In this document: in pieces, positions 1-8,662 of the stretch | Layout: each line of letters opens with the position of its first letter | Position numbering within the stretch: position 1 is the stretch's first letter | From: Angelvirus px29 | Taxonomy: Duplodnaviria; Heunggongvirae; Uroviricota; Caudoviricetes; Straboviridae | Reading direction: 5' to 3' (one strand) | Length of the DNA: 64,000 nucleotides | IMG/VR virus record: IMGVR_UViG_2700988902_000001 | Coordinates: 75,520 to 139,519 of that record | Notes under the pieces: generated by a model | Told to the model about the DNA's origin: nothing | The model's database searches: none | The model's input: the letters and a program-made list of their open reading frames with translations, nothing else | Translations under genes and position numbers: made by a program

Positions 1-1392
1 ATCAACGATAGCGATTCTACGTTCATCTGGTGCGTTCTCAAGACGAATGGCAAGAGTGATAATCATGTCTTGTGTCATGCCATAACTATGAGCTTCAACT
101 TTGCTGCCGAGTTTGTCGTTGAACAGTTCACGAAGAATATCATCAGCACTAAAGCCAAACAGCCAAGATTTATTATCAACTTTGCTACCGGCAATCCCAT
201 AGATCACGGTAAACATTTCGATTGTACCGTTAAATGGATCTGCGATGCCATACAATCCGTATTTCTTGTAAAGATTTTCAAATTCAGCGCGATTCTTAAT
301 GAAGAACGTTTCATCGTTCAGATGATAGGTACCGACATCAGACTGAATATTATCAATTGAAGACGAATGCAACTTAAACTGACGGCAGTACGACGCGAGT
401 TTGTTTGTCACTTCGGCAAACTGAGTTGTATATCGATCATAGATCTCTTTCTGTGCGGGATCATCAAGATCAAATTCAAAAGCAGTTGGGCTAAAGTCAT
501 CTCCCATGATGTATTCATTCGGATCAAAATCATTCATACCAGAAATACCTTGACCTTTCTGATTGATGTGTTGTTCTACGATTGAAATAACAGCATCAGC
601 AAATCCAGCATCGTGATTATAGGTCAGATACGCGGGTTTGACTGGTTCAGGCGCAACAACGGGAACCGGTTCAGGTGCGTCTGTGGCATCTTCTACGCTA
701 TCGACAGTATCAACGCTAGTGTCAACTTGAGAAATCGCAGCATCAGCGTCCTGAGCGTTACCAGCAGCAGTGCCAGTGGTCATGGTATCCATGTTCTTGA
801 AACGAATACGCTTGCTAACGTCCCAATATTCCATGCTGATTTCTTCGTGTTTGGTGCGTTGACGACGCATTTCTTTAGAAGCATCAATCATACTGATTGC
901 GCCGTTCTTGAATTTCAGTAGAACGTCACGCAGTTTTGGATCTGCTTTCAACAAAGCGGTATTCTTGATATTAGCAACCCAAGCGCGAACAATATCATCA
1001 TCGATAGTGTTAATAACACCGGACTTACACAGTACCAGAAAACGAGTCATTTCGTTTACTTTAGCTGTACTGATAAACATTTGCTTGTCATTCATCAGTT
1101 TGATGATCAGCGAAATGTTGTGGTTCTTGTCCTCGATATTACCAAGACGAAGTTGACCGTCGGTTTTGAAATAACGCTGAATGAATTTCAGAGTGGTTTG
1201 ATCGTTCAGTTGACGAGCAGCGTTAAAGCTCCCGAGAATACCCAAGAAGTTGAATGTAAAGGCATTGATGATAGCAGTTTCATCATTGATGAATGCCAAT
1301 TTAGTGTCTTTATCATACAAGGTATTTTCAGTCAAGAAGCGATCATAACCTTGTTCTTCTTGACGTTCGAATAATTGTTTAGTTGTTAACAT
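1..1392 (-). CDS. Large late protein, 3' end outside the window; putative Alt/VIP2-like ADP-ribosyltransferase (N-terminal part)
   Basis: Open frame from ATG 1392 (MLTTKQLFERQEEQGYDRF...INAFTFNFLGILG...) to the window edge; GAGG RBS; CTAAATA late-promoter-like motif ~1422-1428. The N-terminus resembles, from memory, phage VIP2-like ADP-ribosyltransferases. No catalytic domain is visible in the window. Confidence 0.45.
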   Translation of the reverse strand, partial: MLTTKQLFERQEEQGYDRFLTENTLYDKDTKLAFINDETAIINAFTFNFLGILGSFNAARQLNDQTTLKFIQRYFKTDGQLRLGNIEDKNHNISLIIKLMNDKQMFISTAKVNEMTRFLVLCKSGVINTIDDDIVRAWVANIKNTALLKADPKLRDVLLKFKNGAISMIDASKEMRRQRTKHEEISMEYWDVSKRIRFKNMDTMTTGTAAGNAQDADAAISQVDTSVDTVDSVEDATDAPEPVPVVAPEPVKPAYLTYNHDAGFADAVISIVEQHINQKGQGISGMNDFDPNEYIMGDDFSPTAFEFDLDDPAQKEIYDRYTTQFAEVTNKLASYCRQFKLHSSSIDNIQSDVGTYHLNDETFFIKNRAEFENLYKKYGLYGIADPFNGTIEMFTVIYGIAGSKVDNKSWLFGFSADDILRELFNDKLGSKVEAHSYGMTQDMIITLAIRLENAPDERRIAIVD

Positions 1393-1422
1393 TTTGTCCC
1401 TCTTAATGAACTGATTTATTAT

Positions 1423-1569
1423 ATTTAGTGCGTTCGCACTGCGGCGTAAGCCGCTAAACTAACGAGAAGAAGAGAAGATAAAGTTCCTTATATACCTTTA
1501 ATGAAGATCTATCTTCTCTTCTTTAATGATATCAACGAGTTAGCTACGCAGTCGCTGGCGCGACTTTCT
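1423..1569. repeat. Palindromic intergenic element, copy 1 of 3
   Basis: Shares a 54-nt and a 28-nt identical block with 30553-30721 and is near-identical to the reverse complement of 59952-60110. Confidence 0.92.
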
Positions 1570-2500
1570 TGGTTTGTTCATTATTTATGCTATTTACAAC
1601 GTTTTTGCTGAATTTTTCGACAATACTATCGATCAGATCTTGACGCTTGATATTGTCAATCAACCACGAATCAAACTCTTGACTGTTACCGCTAATCGAG
1701 CTATAAGCACCGATCATAGATCCATAAATGCTCGCAACGGTATCGCTATCTAGTCCCATATTCGCGATGCAGTAGATCCCATATTCTTTGTGTTCGAACA
1801 TCAAGAACGTGCGCCACGCGATTGTCAACGAGTCTTTGACATAGCCAGTAGGCAGACATTCGTTTTGATCAAAGAAGTGTCCAAACTCGTTTTCGAGTTG
1901 TTCCTTTTTGACGCCAGCTAGAATACGATGCATGATCTTCACATACAGTAAAGAATATTCAACGCAAATTTCTACCGGGTGTGTGAACTCAGTCATTTCT
2001 CGGACAATGCGTTCCACGCTGGCTGGATCGCGACCAAACGTTGCCAATGCAACTGGGTACATACGCATAAGCGCACCATTACCAGCGCCTTTGGCAGCGT
2101 CACAGATGGGTTTACCGTACAGTGCGTTAAATGTAGATGCGCCGATGTCAAAGCATTCCATATTGGATGCGAATGAACCATGCTCTACCCAAGCTCGCAT
2201 TTGTCGCATGATTTGCGGAATATCAAACTCGCCGTTTTTGAAGCAATTCATAGTGATCAACGCGCAAGTGGTATCATCGGTAAAATAACCGTAGTCATGA
2301 CCCCAGACATCCCTTTTAGTCTGCAACAGCTCAAGAGTCACTTTTCTGAGTTTCTTTTTTCCTTTAGTGCCAAAATTGAATTCGTTGAATGATCCGACAC
2401 AATCCCCAATGATTGCCGCTTGTGTAGTCATTCGAATTTGTTCTGCAAAGTAATTCACGTAATCTCCAAAATAAAAGGGTCTATCAATCGATAGACTCAT
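1544..2500 (-). CDS. ADP-ribosylglycohydrolase (DraG/ARH family)
   Basis: Motifs GDCVG, FTDDT, CFDIG, GNGALMR, T..TH, DSDTVASIYG; likely start MSLSIDRPF at 2500. Confidence 0.88.
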   Translation of the reverse strand: MSLSIDRPFYFGDYVNYFAEQIRMTTQAAIIGDCVGSFNEFNFGTKGKKKLRKVTLELLQTKRDVWGHDYGYFTDDTTCALITMNCFKNGEFDIPQIMRQMRAWVEHGSFASNMECFDIGASTFNALYGKPICDAAKGAGNGALMRMYPVALATFGRDPASVERIVREMTEFTHPVEICVEYSLLYVKIMHRILAGVKKEQLENEFGHFFDQNECLPTGYVKDSLTIAWRTFLMFEHKEYGIYCIANMGLDSDTVASIYGSMIGAYSSISGNSQEFDSWLIDNIKRQDLIDSIVEKFSKNVVNSINNEQTKKVAPATA

Positions 2501-2525
2501 ATTGTACTTCAACTTTCTATGTAAA

Positions 2526-3143
2526 TCAACGACGATGTGGAATAATTGATTCCAGATAGTTATTGACGTAAACAACATCACCGGCAACACGTTGCAAATT
2601 GCAATCTTCTTGCTCGGACTTGACAGAGTGAAACATTACTTGATCTTTTTCGTTTCCCGGTCGAGCGATTTTGAGCAGAATGAATTCCTGAGTCATAGGA
2701 TCGATAATCGGTTCGCCACCCATTTTCAGAACTTCCAGCTTGGAACCACCGTGACGATACAGATCGATAACATCACCCTCGGAAATTGCACGACCGGAAA
2801 TAAGACCCGGATTCATTACTTTGCGTACTTTGTGAGCGTAGAAACCACCACGCTTGACCCAACCAAGTGTGCTAACATCGATGCTTTCGTTTGTGATGCC
2901 AAAGCTAACTTTGTTAACTCGGGTAATCAGCGCGTTGCCGTTCACGATACGCATAGAAACACGTTCGTCGCCCGCTTCCATGTTGTATACTGGCTCAACG
3001 TTATTACCAGTGCGCTCGATGTTCAACAGAACATAAGAACGATTTTGAATCTCGATTGTATCACCCGGTTGACCATCAATCAGACGAACATAGTTAATTT
3101 CGATTTGCGGCAGTGCAACTTGGTGTTTCAGATAATAAGCCAT
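2526..3143 (-). CDS. Hypothetical protein (205 aa)
   Basis: ORF with AGGA RBS, co-oriented with its neighbours. Confidence 0.75.
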   Translation of the reverse strand: MAYYLKHQVALPQIEINYVRLIDGQPGDTIEIQNRSYVLLNIERTGNNVEPVYNMEAGDERVSMRIVNGNALITRVNKVSFGITNESIDVSTLGWVKRGGFYAHKVRKVMNPGLISGRAISEGDVIDLYRHGGSKLEVLKMGGEPIIDPMTQEFILLKIARPGNEKDQVMFHSVKSEQEDCNLQRVAGDVVYVNNYLESIIPHRR

Positions 3144-3152
3144 GATATTTCC

Positions 3153-3350
3153 TTAGTGTGTGATTTCGTTAATACGAGTTTCGTAAACTTTGATTTTACT
3201 GCGGAACAGATCGATGTTCTCGGCGTGTTCCATGATAACAGCTTGTGACAGTGCGCGTTGTGCGAATGCATGAGATTCGATCAAAACATCTTTCTCGGAT
3301 GCGAATCTACGTTTGGCGCGTTTTGCTTTCAGTTCAGCGGTAGTCATCAT
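3153..3350 (-). CDS. Hypothetical early protein
   Basis: GAGG RBS, downstream of a sigma70-like promoter. Confidence 0.7.
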   Translation of the reverse strand: MMTTAELKAKRAKRRFASEKDVLIESHAFAQRALSQAVIMEHAENIDLFRSKIKVYETRINEITH

Positions 3351-3368
3351 GATTTGTTCCTCAGTTTG

Positions 3369-3409
3369 TTTCGATGTAGCTATCTTAACAGAACTGAATT
3401 TGATGTCAA
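3369..3409 (-). promoter_or_regulatory. Early sigma70-type promoter with conserved leader
   Basis: TTGACA...TAAGAT followed by AGCTACATCGAAA on the minus strand. Confidence 0.7.
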
Positions 3410-3687
3410 GCGACTTTAGGAATTATTCTCACATAAATCTGAAAATATCCTTTCGCGTGACGTTCGCGATTGAAACTTTCTACAAAATCTTCGCTGTTGG
3501 CACAGCTCAACTCTGGACAAAGCTTGTCAAACAACCAATAAGTGTCGCTCTTGAAATTCGCGAACTCCTGTGATTCTGCTATCTTTTTGGATTTGGGATA
3601 GTAGTTGTTCAGAACGTTAAGCAGATACAACAATCGATTATGTAATACTGGGTGTTCAATGTAGTGTCTCGTTTCATATGCTTTCAT
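3406..3687 (-). CDS. Hypothetical protein
   Basis: ORF with GGAG RBS. Confidence 0.65.
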   Translation of the reverse strand: MKAYETRHYIEHPVLHNRLLYLLNVLNNYYPKSKKIAESQEFANFKSDTYWLFDKLCPELSCANSEDFVESFNRERHAKGYFQIYVRIIPKVA

Positions 3688-3696
3688 CTTATCTCC

Positions 3697-3717
3697 AAAA
3701 AGGGCCCGAAGGCCCTT
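3697..3717 (-). terminator. Rho-independent terminator
   Basis: AGGGCC-TTCG-GGCCCT followed by a T run. Confidence 0.8.
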
Positions 3718-3725
3718 AATCGTGA

Positions 3726-4271
3726 TTACAACAGTTCATCGATTGGTTCATCGATATAACCGATACCGTGTGCTTCCAATGCGCCGAGATCGTTCTTACG
3801 AATCAGAATGGTTTTGTTCTTGTCATCGCTAAGAACAACAGCGTCCTCTGTGATCAGAAGAACTTTGCAGTTTCCATTTCGACTGGTAACTCCATCACCA
3901 ATAGCAAGAGTCGGACCAACACCAATTCGATATGCGTCTTTTACGCAGAACAAACCACTGCTATTTGGCTTGCGGCTCATTCCAAGCGATTTGACGTTAT
4001 GACGGCTGATTTTGTAAACACCATTGGTAAGATCAAACCGAATCACTTCGACGTCATAAGCGCCGTACAAACGGAACTGCATTTCCATTTTACCGTCTTC
4101 GGAAACAGTTCGATAGATAGTGGAATAAGCATCACTACCAGAACCGATACCAAAACGAGCGAACGGTTTAAACATAATACCGTTAGTTTCGTCTTTGTAC
4201 GGCTTTTCCATTTTGTTGATCTCTACCAGTTCGGTAGGAACGTCTTTGATGTTCGAAATACGATAAAACAT
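3726..4271 (-). CDS. Hypothetical protein
   Basis: ORF in a tightly packed operon. Confidence 0.7.
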   Translation of the reverse strand: MFYRISNIKDVPTELVEINKMEKPYKDETNGIMFKPFARFGIGSGSDAYSTIYRTVSEDGKMEMQFRLYGAYDVEVIRFDLTNGVYKISRHNVKSLGMSRKPNSSGLFCVKDAYRIGVGPTLAIGDGVTSRNGNCKVLLITEDAVVLSDDKNKTILIRKNDLGALEAHGIGYIDEPIDELL

Positions 4272-4274
4272 TTC

Positions 4275-4658
4275 TTATCCTTTTGTTTTGTAGTAACCAG
4301 ATTTGACTCGTTCACGATAAGCTCGACGTTGCTCCAGAGTCAAATCATCTTTCATCAGTGTTACCAGCTTATATGGTTTCGGCATTTCTGTCAACTTCAA
4401 ATACCGATTTTCTTCTGGCGCCCCCGGACGTTTCTCAGATTCATAGAGGTAAGCTTTACCAAGAATCTCACAACCTTCCGAATGAAGCTCTTTTGAATAA
4501 AGAAACTCAATCGGAGGAGAACACAATCCAGTGACATCGCGATCTTCTGCTTGATCTCGCAGTTTGTCAAACTCTTCTTTGCTTACTTCCACATAATCGT
4601 GTGTTACTTCTCCGATGTCGCAATATTCGTCGTGATCTCGAATTCGTTCTATTCTCAT
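4275..4658 (-). CDS. Hypothetical protein
   Basis: ORF coupled to its neighbours. Confidence 0.7.
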   Translation of the reverse strand: MRIERIRDHDEYCDIGEVTHDYVEVSKEEFDKLRDQAEDRDVTGLCSPPIEFLYSKELHSEGCEILGKAYLYESEKRPGAPEENRYLKLTEMPKPYKLVTLMKDDLTLEQRRAYRERVKSGYYKTKG

Positions 4659-5023
4659 TAGCTATTCACCCAGCAAGAGGAGTTATCGGTAATAAAAACT
4701 TTGGTTTTATAAAACCATTTGATTGCCATATCTTTAGATTTGAATCGTTTCAGATAACTGGTGTTATCGGTTCCCTTGAAATACAGAACGGTATTGTGCC
4801 CGCTGTCAATGAATTTTTGCTCTTTTTCTTCTTCCTCAGAAACAGGCCATTTTGAACGTTCGTTGAGCAAATGACAAGCGGCGAAGGTCCGTTCGCCAAC
4901 TTTCATGCCCCAATAATCGTCTTTCTGAATTTCTATGAATCCCAAAAACGTATAGCCTGTTATTCCACTCGACATATAGTTAATGAGATTCATTTTTGGA
5001 TCATCAAGGCGCTTATGAATCAT
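4658..5023 (-). CDS. Hypothetical protein
   Basis: ORF with overlapping start/stop. Confidence 0.7.
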   Translation of the reverse strand: MIHKRLDDPKMNLINYMSSGITGYTFLGFIEIQKDDYWGMKVGERTFAACHLLNERSKWPVSEEEEKEQKFIDSGHNTVLYFKGTDNTSYLKRFKSKDMAIKWFYKTKVFITDNSSCWVNS

Positions 5024-5661
5024 GCTTTGAAACCGTAGTATTTGAAATCGACGTACTTGCCGATATAGTTACCAGTCAATTCTTGATAGATAACGGTTTG
5101 TGTTTCTCGATGTTGCAACATCGGACTCGCCTTAGTTACATCAATTGAAACTACATCAATGTTATCAAAACACGGAGGAGTTTTACCGTCTTTCGACTTG
5201 ACTTCACGATCTTTCCAGATCTCGGTAACAGTCGGACGAGTTACTCCTTTAATCTTACGAATTACTTGAATCGTGAAAATAACATCGATTTCGTGAACAA
5301 CTTCAATTCGTTTCAGATAAGAACGAAGTTGCTCCAAACGAGCTTCTGTGCCATTGAAATCAGCATAACCGGAGAAGTCCAGTACCATTACATCGATTTT
5401 ACGCTGACTGCCAAGCTCTACCGCAGCTTTGTGAACTGCATCCTGTATAGATGTCATAGTAGATCCGTCAACCTCACCAACAGCGATCTCGCCAGTGCCA
5501 AAGTCAGTTTCGATATCAGCCATTTTCTCAATCAGGCTTTCTTGAGTTTCTTCGTTGTTCAGAAAAACAACATGACGTCCTTTCTTTGCTTCTTCGATTG
5601 CGATTTCAATTGCTTTGGTAGTTTTACCGCCATTAGCACTTGCTTTGATTACTTTAATCAT
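5020..5661 (-). CDS. RecA/DnaB-like P-loop ATPase (single domain)
   Basis: Walker A-like ANGGKT, then HVVFLNNEET, and Walker B-like VMVLD. Confidence 0.6.
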   Translation of the reverse strand: MIKVIKASANGGKTTKAIEIAIEEAKKGRHVVFLNNEETQESLIEKMADIETDFGTGEIAVGEVDGSTMTSIQDAVHKAAVELGSQRKIDVMVLDFSGYADFNGTEARLEQLRSYLKRIEVVHEIDVIFTIQVIRKIKGVTRPTVTEIWKDREVKSKDGKTPPCFDNIDVVSIDVTKASPMLQHRETQTVIYQELTGNYIGKYVDFKYYGFKA

Positions 5662-5923
5662 TTACTTCCTCGTGATATTCTTCTAACCAGTAGTTGTCTG
5701 AGTCTTTGTTTCGACGTTTCAAATCCGCTTGAATACAGTCGATAACGTCTTGATGATTTCGCATTTTGTCGGCATGTGGCTCGACTGCGGAATCTATAGT
5801 GAATTTTATCTCACCGATTTGAACAATGCAACTCATAAAATCGCGACGTTTTACCCAAACGGTGACATCGTACTTCTTGAGTTTCGGTTTGCGCTTGAAG
5901 TAGTTAAGTAGATTCATGAGCAA
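5654..5923 (-). CDS. Hypothetical protein
   Basis: ORF in operon. Confidence 0.6.
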   Translation of the reverse strand: MLMNLLNYFKRKPKLKKYDVTVWVKRRDFMSCIVQIGEIKFTIDSAVEPHADKMRNHQDVIDCIQADLKRRNKDSDNYWLEEYHEEVND

Positions 5924-5933
5924 AAAGCGGGAA

Positions 5934-6191
5934 TTACTTCCCGCTCTCCAGTGCTTTTACTCGAACCGCCAGTTTATCGGCAAGACGACGAGTGTTTGCG
6001 AGTTCGATTACCAGAATCGCGCCGATCATCAAGCCACTGATTCTAAACTCGCCGGTATTTGAAAATACCAGATACGTTGCCAGCAGTTCCAACGCGATGA
6101 ACAAAGAACAGGTCAACATGACAATCCCGTACCAAACGTTATCCATGCTGAAATTCCATTTGCCATCTACTTTCATTCGTGTGTCAATCAT
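5934..6191 (-). CDS. Small membrane protein
   Basis: Two hydrophobic segments. Confidence 0.65.
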   Translation of the reverse strand: MIDTRMKVDGKWNFSMDNVWYGIVMLTCSLFIALELLATYLVFSNTGEFRISGLMIGAILVIELANTRRLADKLAVRVKALESGK

Positions 6192-6200
6192 TTATTTTCC

Positions 6201-6392
6201 TTAGCTCATTACTAATATGAATGGACAGTTTACACAAACAGCGTACCAAAGCGCGCCACTTGCTGCCACTGGGATAAGAGTACCGATATCAATCTTGCCG
6301 CTCAATGCTAGTTGAGCGTATGCACCAAACGCGGTAGCGAAAGATACAACAACAGCAATGACAACAAGAACAATCCAACCGAATAGAATCAT
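6201..6392 (-). CDS. Small membrane protein
   Basis: Two hydrophobic segments. Confidence 0.6.
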   Translation of the reverse strand: MILFGWIVLVVIAVVVSFATAFGAYAQLALSGKIDIGTLIPVAASGALWYAVCVNCPFILVMS

Positions 6393-6616
6393 ACGGTAAG
6401 ATCTCGATGAATCTGAGATAATGCAGTCAGTTCGTTGTCATCTTTGCATTCAAACGCAGCATCTTCAATCAGTCGCATGATGATATCATGATGTTTAATC
6501 ATGTTCATCATAACGCGACGCGCATTTTTAAAATCATTGTCGCTCATTGACTTGGGTTTACCTTGAATCCGAAGTCCATTGCGAGCATTTTCTGGTAACA
6601 TTTCATTAAGAAACAT
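6389..6616 (-). CDS. Hypothetical protein
   Basis: ORF with overlapping ends. Confidence 0.6.
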   Translation of the reverse strand: MFLNEMLPENARNGLRIQGKPKSMSDNDFKNARRVMMNMIKHHDIIMRLIEDAAFECKDDNELTALSQIHRDLTV

Positions 6617-7172
6617 ATTTTACTCCTAACTTTTCAGCGATAGTTTTCAGTCGTTCTTCTCGATCAAGACGAGTCTCAATCACCATTCGAGTATAGAACG
6701 AGTTGGCAGCAATTTCAACTAATTTCTTCGTTGCTTCTTCAACATCAGATTTCAACACCGCTTGAGAAACGGAAGTTGTTACCATTCCGTTGACGATGTT
6801 AACATTCTTCATGTTTTCTGACGGGATACGAACCGGACTATTTTGTGCGCTGGTACCGCGAGAATCAGCAGTAACTCGAATGTGTACCCAATCACAGTTA
6901 CTTTCGTTCGGTACGTCAACGTCAATCAGCACGGTATCATCCGTTTGTAGAGACGAGAGAAATGCTAACGGTACTCGACCCAGATAACGCCCGTCAAACT
7001 TACCATCAAGATCGAAGAAGCAAACGTGGTAAACCGATTGACCTTCTACTACTTGAGAGATCGCGTAAACGTTCTTTGGATTGCCTGACCCCGTGATAAT
7101 ATCACGATAACGGAACGTGACACCGTGTTCTTTCAGCATTTCGGCAATGCTATCGGTTGCTTTAGTGTTCAT
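6606..7172 (-). CDS. Hypothetical protein
   Basis: Likely start MNTKATDS at 7172 after a GGAG RBS. Confidence 0.7.
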   Translation of the reverse strand: MNTKATDSIAEMLKEHGVTFRYRDIITGSGNPKNVYAISQVVEGQSVYHVCFFDLDGKFDGRYLGRVPLAFLSSLQTDDTVLIDVDVPNESNCDWVHIRVTADSRGTSAQNSPVRIPSENMKNVNIVNGMVTTSVSQAVLKSDVEEATKKLVEIAANSFYTRMVIETRLDREERLKTIAEKLGVKYVS

Positions 7173-7557
7173 TTTGTTTCTCCAATTGTTCAATAAGTCC
7201 ATTATATAGTGATTTGGCTTCGAGTTCAACAAAATCAGGCAAATCGAGTAAATCGAAACATAGACAACGACCGTAATCCCAACCGAGATTATAAGCGATT
7301 GACTGCCATTTTGCTTTACTACCGAACGGTCGTTTTTCGTTTTTCAGAAACTCGATCATAGTAACAGGAACAAAGCTTTCATCTTGATCGGAGAAATCCG
7401 AATAATACCCTTTCAGAATCATCATGAGTCGGTCTAGTTCGAATGCTCTGGGCATACGACGATTCATGATCTGTGACCAATAAGTCACACGAAGAAGGCC
7501 AACGGCCTTCTTGTACTCTTGATCCATTTGTTTAACGAGTTTTTGATTTTTCATCAT
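7162..7557 (-). CDS. Hypothetical protein
   Basis: ORF in operon. Confidence 0.65.
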   Translation of the reverse strand: MMKNQKLVKQMDQEYKKAVGLLRVTYWSQIMNRRMPRAFELDRLMMILKGYYSDFSDQDESFVPVTMIEFLKNEKRPFGSKAKWQSIAYNLGWDYGRCLCFDLLDLPDFVELEAKSLYNGLIEQLEKQNEH

Positions 7558-7808
7558 TCCGCCTTCATATCAGTTTCGTATTTCTCGATCATCTGCATGG
7601 TGATCCACTCAGGCTTGGTTTCAAAGCTTTCGAACAGTGCTTTCATGCTTTCGATTTGTTCATCAACACTACCAGCCCACAGACGAGATTCAGAACGATT
7701 GCCGTATCCCAGAAAGAACTCACAATCGGATTTCATACGACTCAGCAGCATGTATTTGAATTCGTGGTCTGCCGGGCGAGTTGCGATAACTTCTTGAATA
7801 TAGGTCAT
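7554..7808 (-). CDS. Hypothetical early protein
   Basis: GAGG RBS, follows a promoter at 7832-7873. Confidence 0.7.
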   Translation of the reverse strand: MTYIQEVIATRPADHEFKYMLLSRMKSDCEFFLGYGNRSESRLWAGSVDEQIESMKALFESFETKPEWITMQMIEKYETDMKAE

Positions 7809-7831
7809 GATGTTTTCCTCAGAGTGTTTCG

Positions 7832-7873
7832 TTTCGATGTAGCTATATTCTCATATCACGATATCAACGTCAA
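7832..7873 (-). promoter_or_regulatory. Early promoter with conserved leader
   Basis: TTGACG -35 and the same AGCTACATCGAAA leader as at 3369. Confidence 0.6.
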
Positions 7874-7884
7874 GCACTAAAAAC

Positions 7885-7908
7885 AAAAAAGCCACCCGAA
7901 GGTGGCTT
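7885..7908 (-). terminator. Rho-independent terminator
   Basis: GCCACC-TTCG-GGTGGC followed by T6. Confidence 0.85.
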
Positions 7909-7925
7909 AAATTTATCTTAACTGA

Positions 7926-8204
7926 TCACTCACTATCCCAAGAACGTTTTACGTTACGTCCATCACGACGAGGGTGAGATTTGTCTTTTACCGGTTTTTC
8001 GATGTGTTCACGTTCGTCCATGATAGACTTGATCAGATCGTAATACTCGGCCAGATTGTGAGCGCGTTCCATATCCGCATCAGAACAGTCTTGATTGTCT
8101 GCATGATATTGTGCAGCAGCGCGAGACTTCAACACGGTTTTACGCAGTGCATTCAGACGTTCGGTGGTCAGATTGCGGAGTTTTTTCTCAGTCAGAAATT
8201 CCAT
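7926..8204 (-). CDS. Hypothetical protein
   Basis: AGGA RBS, strong codon bias. Confidence 0.7.
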   Translation of the reverse strand: MEFLTEKKLRNLTTERLNALRKTVLKSRAAAQYHADNQDCSDADMERAHNLAEYYDLIKSIMDEREHIEKPVKDKSHPRRDGRNVKRSWDSE

Positions 8205-8254
8205 CTTTGTTTCCTACAGGTGGTTTTTAATACACTATCACGAATGACAGATTT

Positions 8255-8374
8255 TGGCGGGGAAGACGGGACTCGAACCCGCGACCAATAGTTTAATTTG
8301 CGTTGGCTTGCTGTAAAGAATCTTCTCAGATTCCGCTTTTTGCGTCTACTGCTCTACCACTGAGCTACTTCCCC
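8255..8374 (-). ncRNA. tRNA-like RNA with an expanded anticodon loop containing hairpin+TTTACAGCAA
   Basis: Acceptor GGGGAAG/CTTCCCC-G-CCA, canonical D and T arms, about 55 nt in place of the anticodon loop. Confidence 0.8.
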
Positions 8375-8390
8375 AAATTTTCACAACACT

Positions 8391-8509
8391 ATGCTGGCGG
8401 TGCCGGATTCGAACCGAGCGTTACAGGCTTAACAGGCGAGTATTTATTGCGGAAAACATTCTCGTCAGAATGAATTTTACAGTGTCCTACCACTAGACGA
8501 ACCGCCAGC
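8391..8509 (-). ncRNA. tRNA-Glu-like RNA with the anticodon arm replaced by hairpin+TTTTCCGCAA
   Basis: D region TTCGTCTAGTGG(..)TAGGACACTG resembles tRNA-Glu at 19375; T-loop TTCGAAT; terminal stem GCTGGCGG/CCGCCAGC. Confidence 0.75.
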
Positions 8510-8519
8510 ATAATGTTGT

Positions 8520-8648
8520 TTGTTGTCGCGATGTTGGATTCGAACCAACGACGTTTCTCGATGTGCCCACACTATAACGGATTCGAACCGTACTCGATAC
8601 TTCTTTGCGATCAAAGGTGTTCTCCCACTGAACTAATCGCGACAACAA
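8520..8648 (-). ncRNA. tRNA-like RNA with two T-arms
   Basis: 13-bp terminal stem, D-arm, hairpins ACGG-TTCGAAT-CCGT and GTTGG-TTCGAAT-CCAAC. Confidence 0.7.
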
Positions 8649-8662
8649 AACTATCTTAACAC

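Noticed and set aside
70-1374. Plus-strand ORFs in the ORF track (also many others across 1-32 kb, e.g. 10712-11575, 28056-28670)
   Set aside because: Antisense shadows of well-formed minus-strand genes, with no RBS or family signal.
8290-8340. preQ1-I riboswitch-like appearance (ACAGCAA with an A-rich tail)
   Set aside because: Spacing and the pseudoknot partner do not fit, and it sits in a tRNA body rather than a gene leader.
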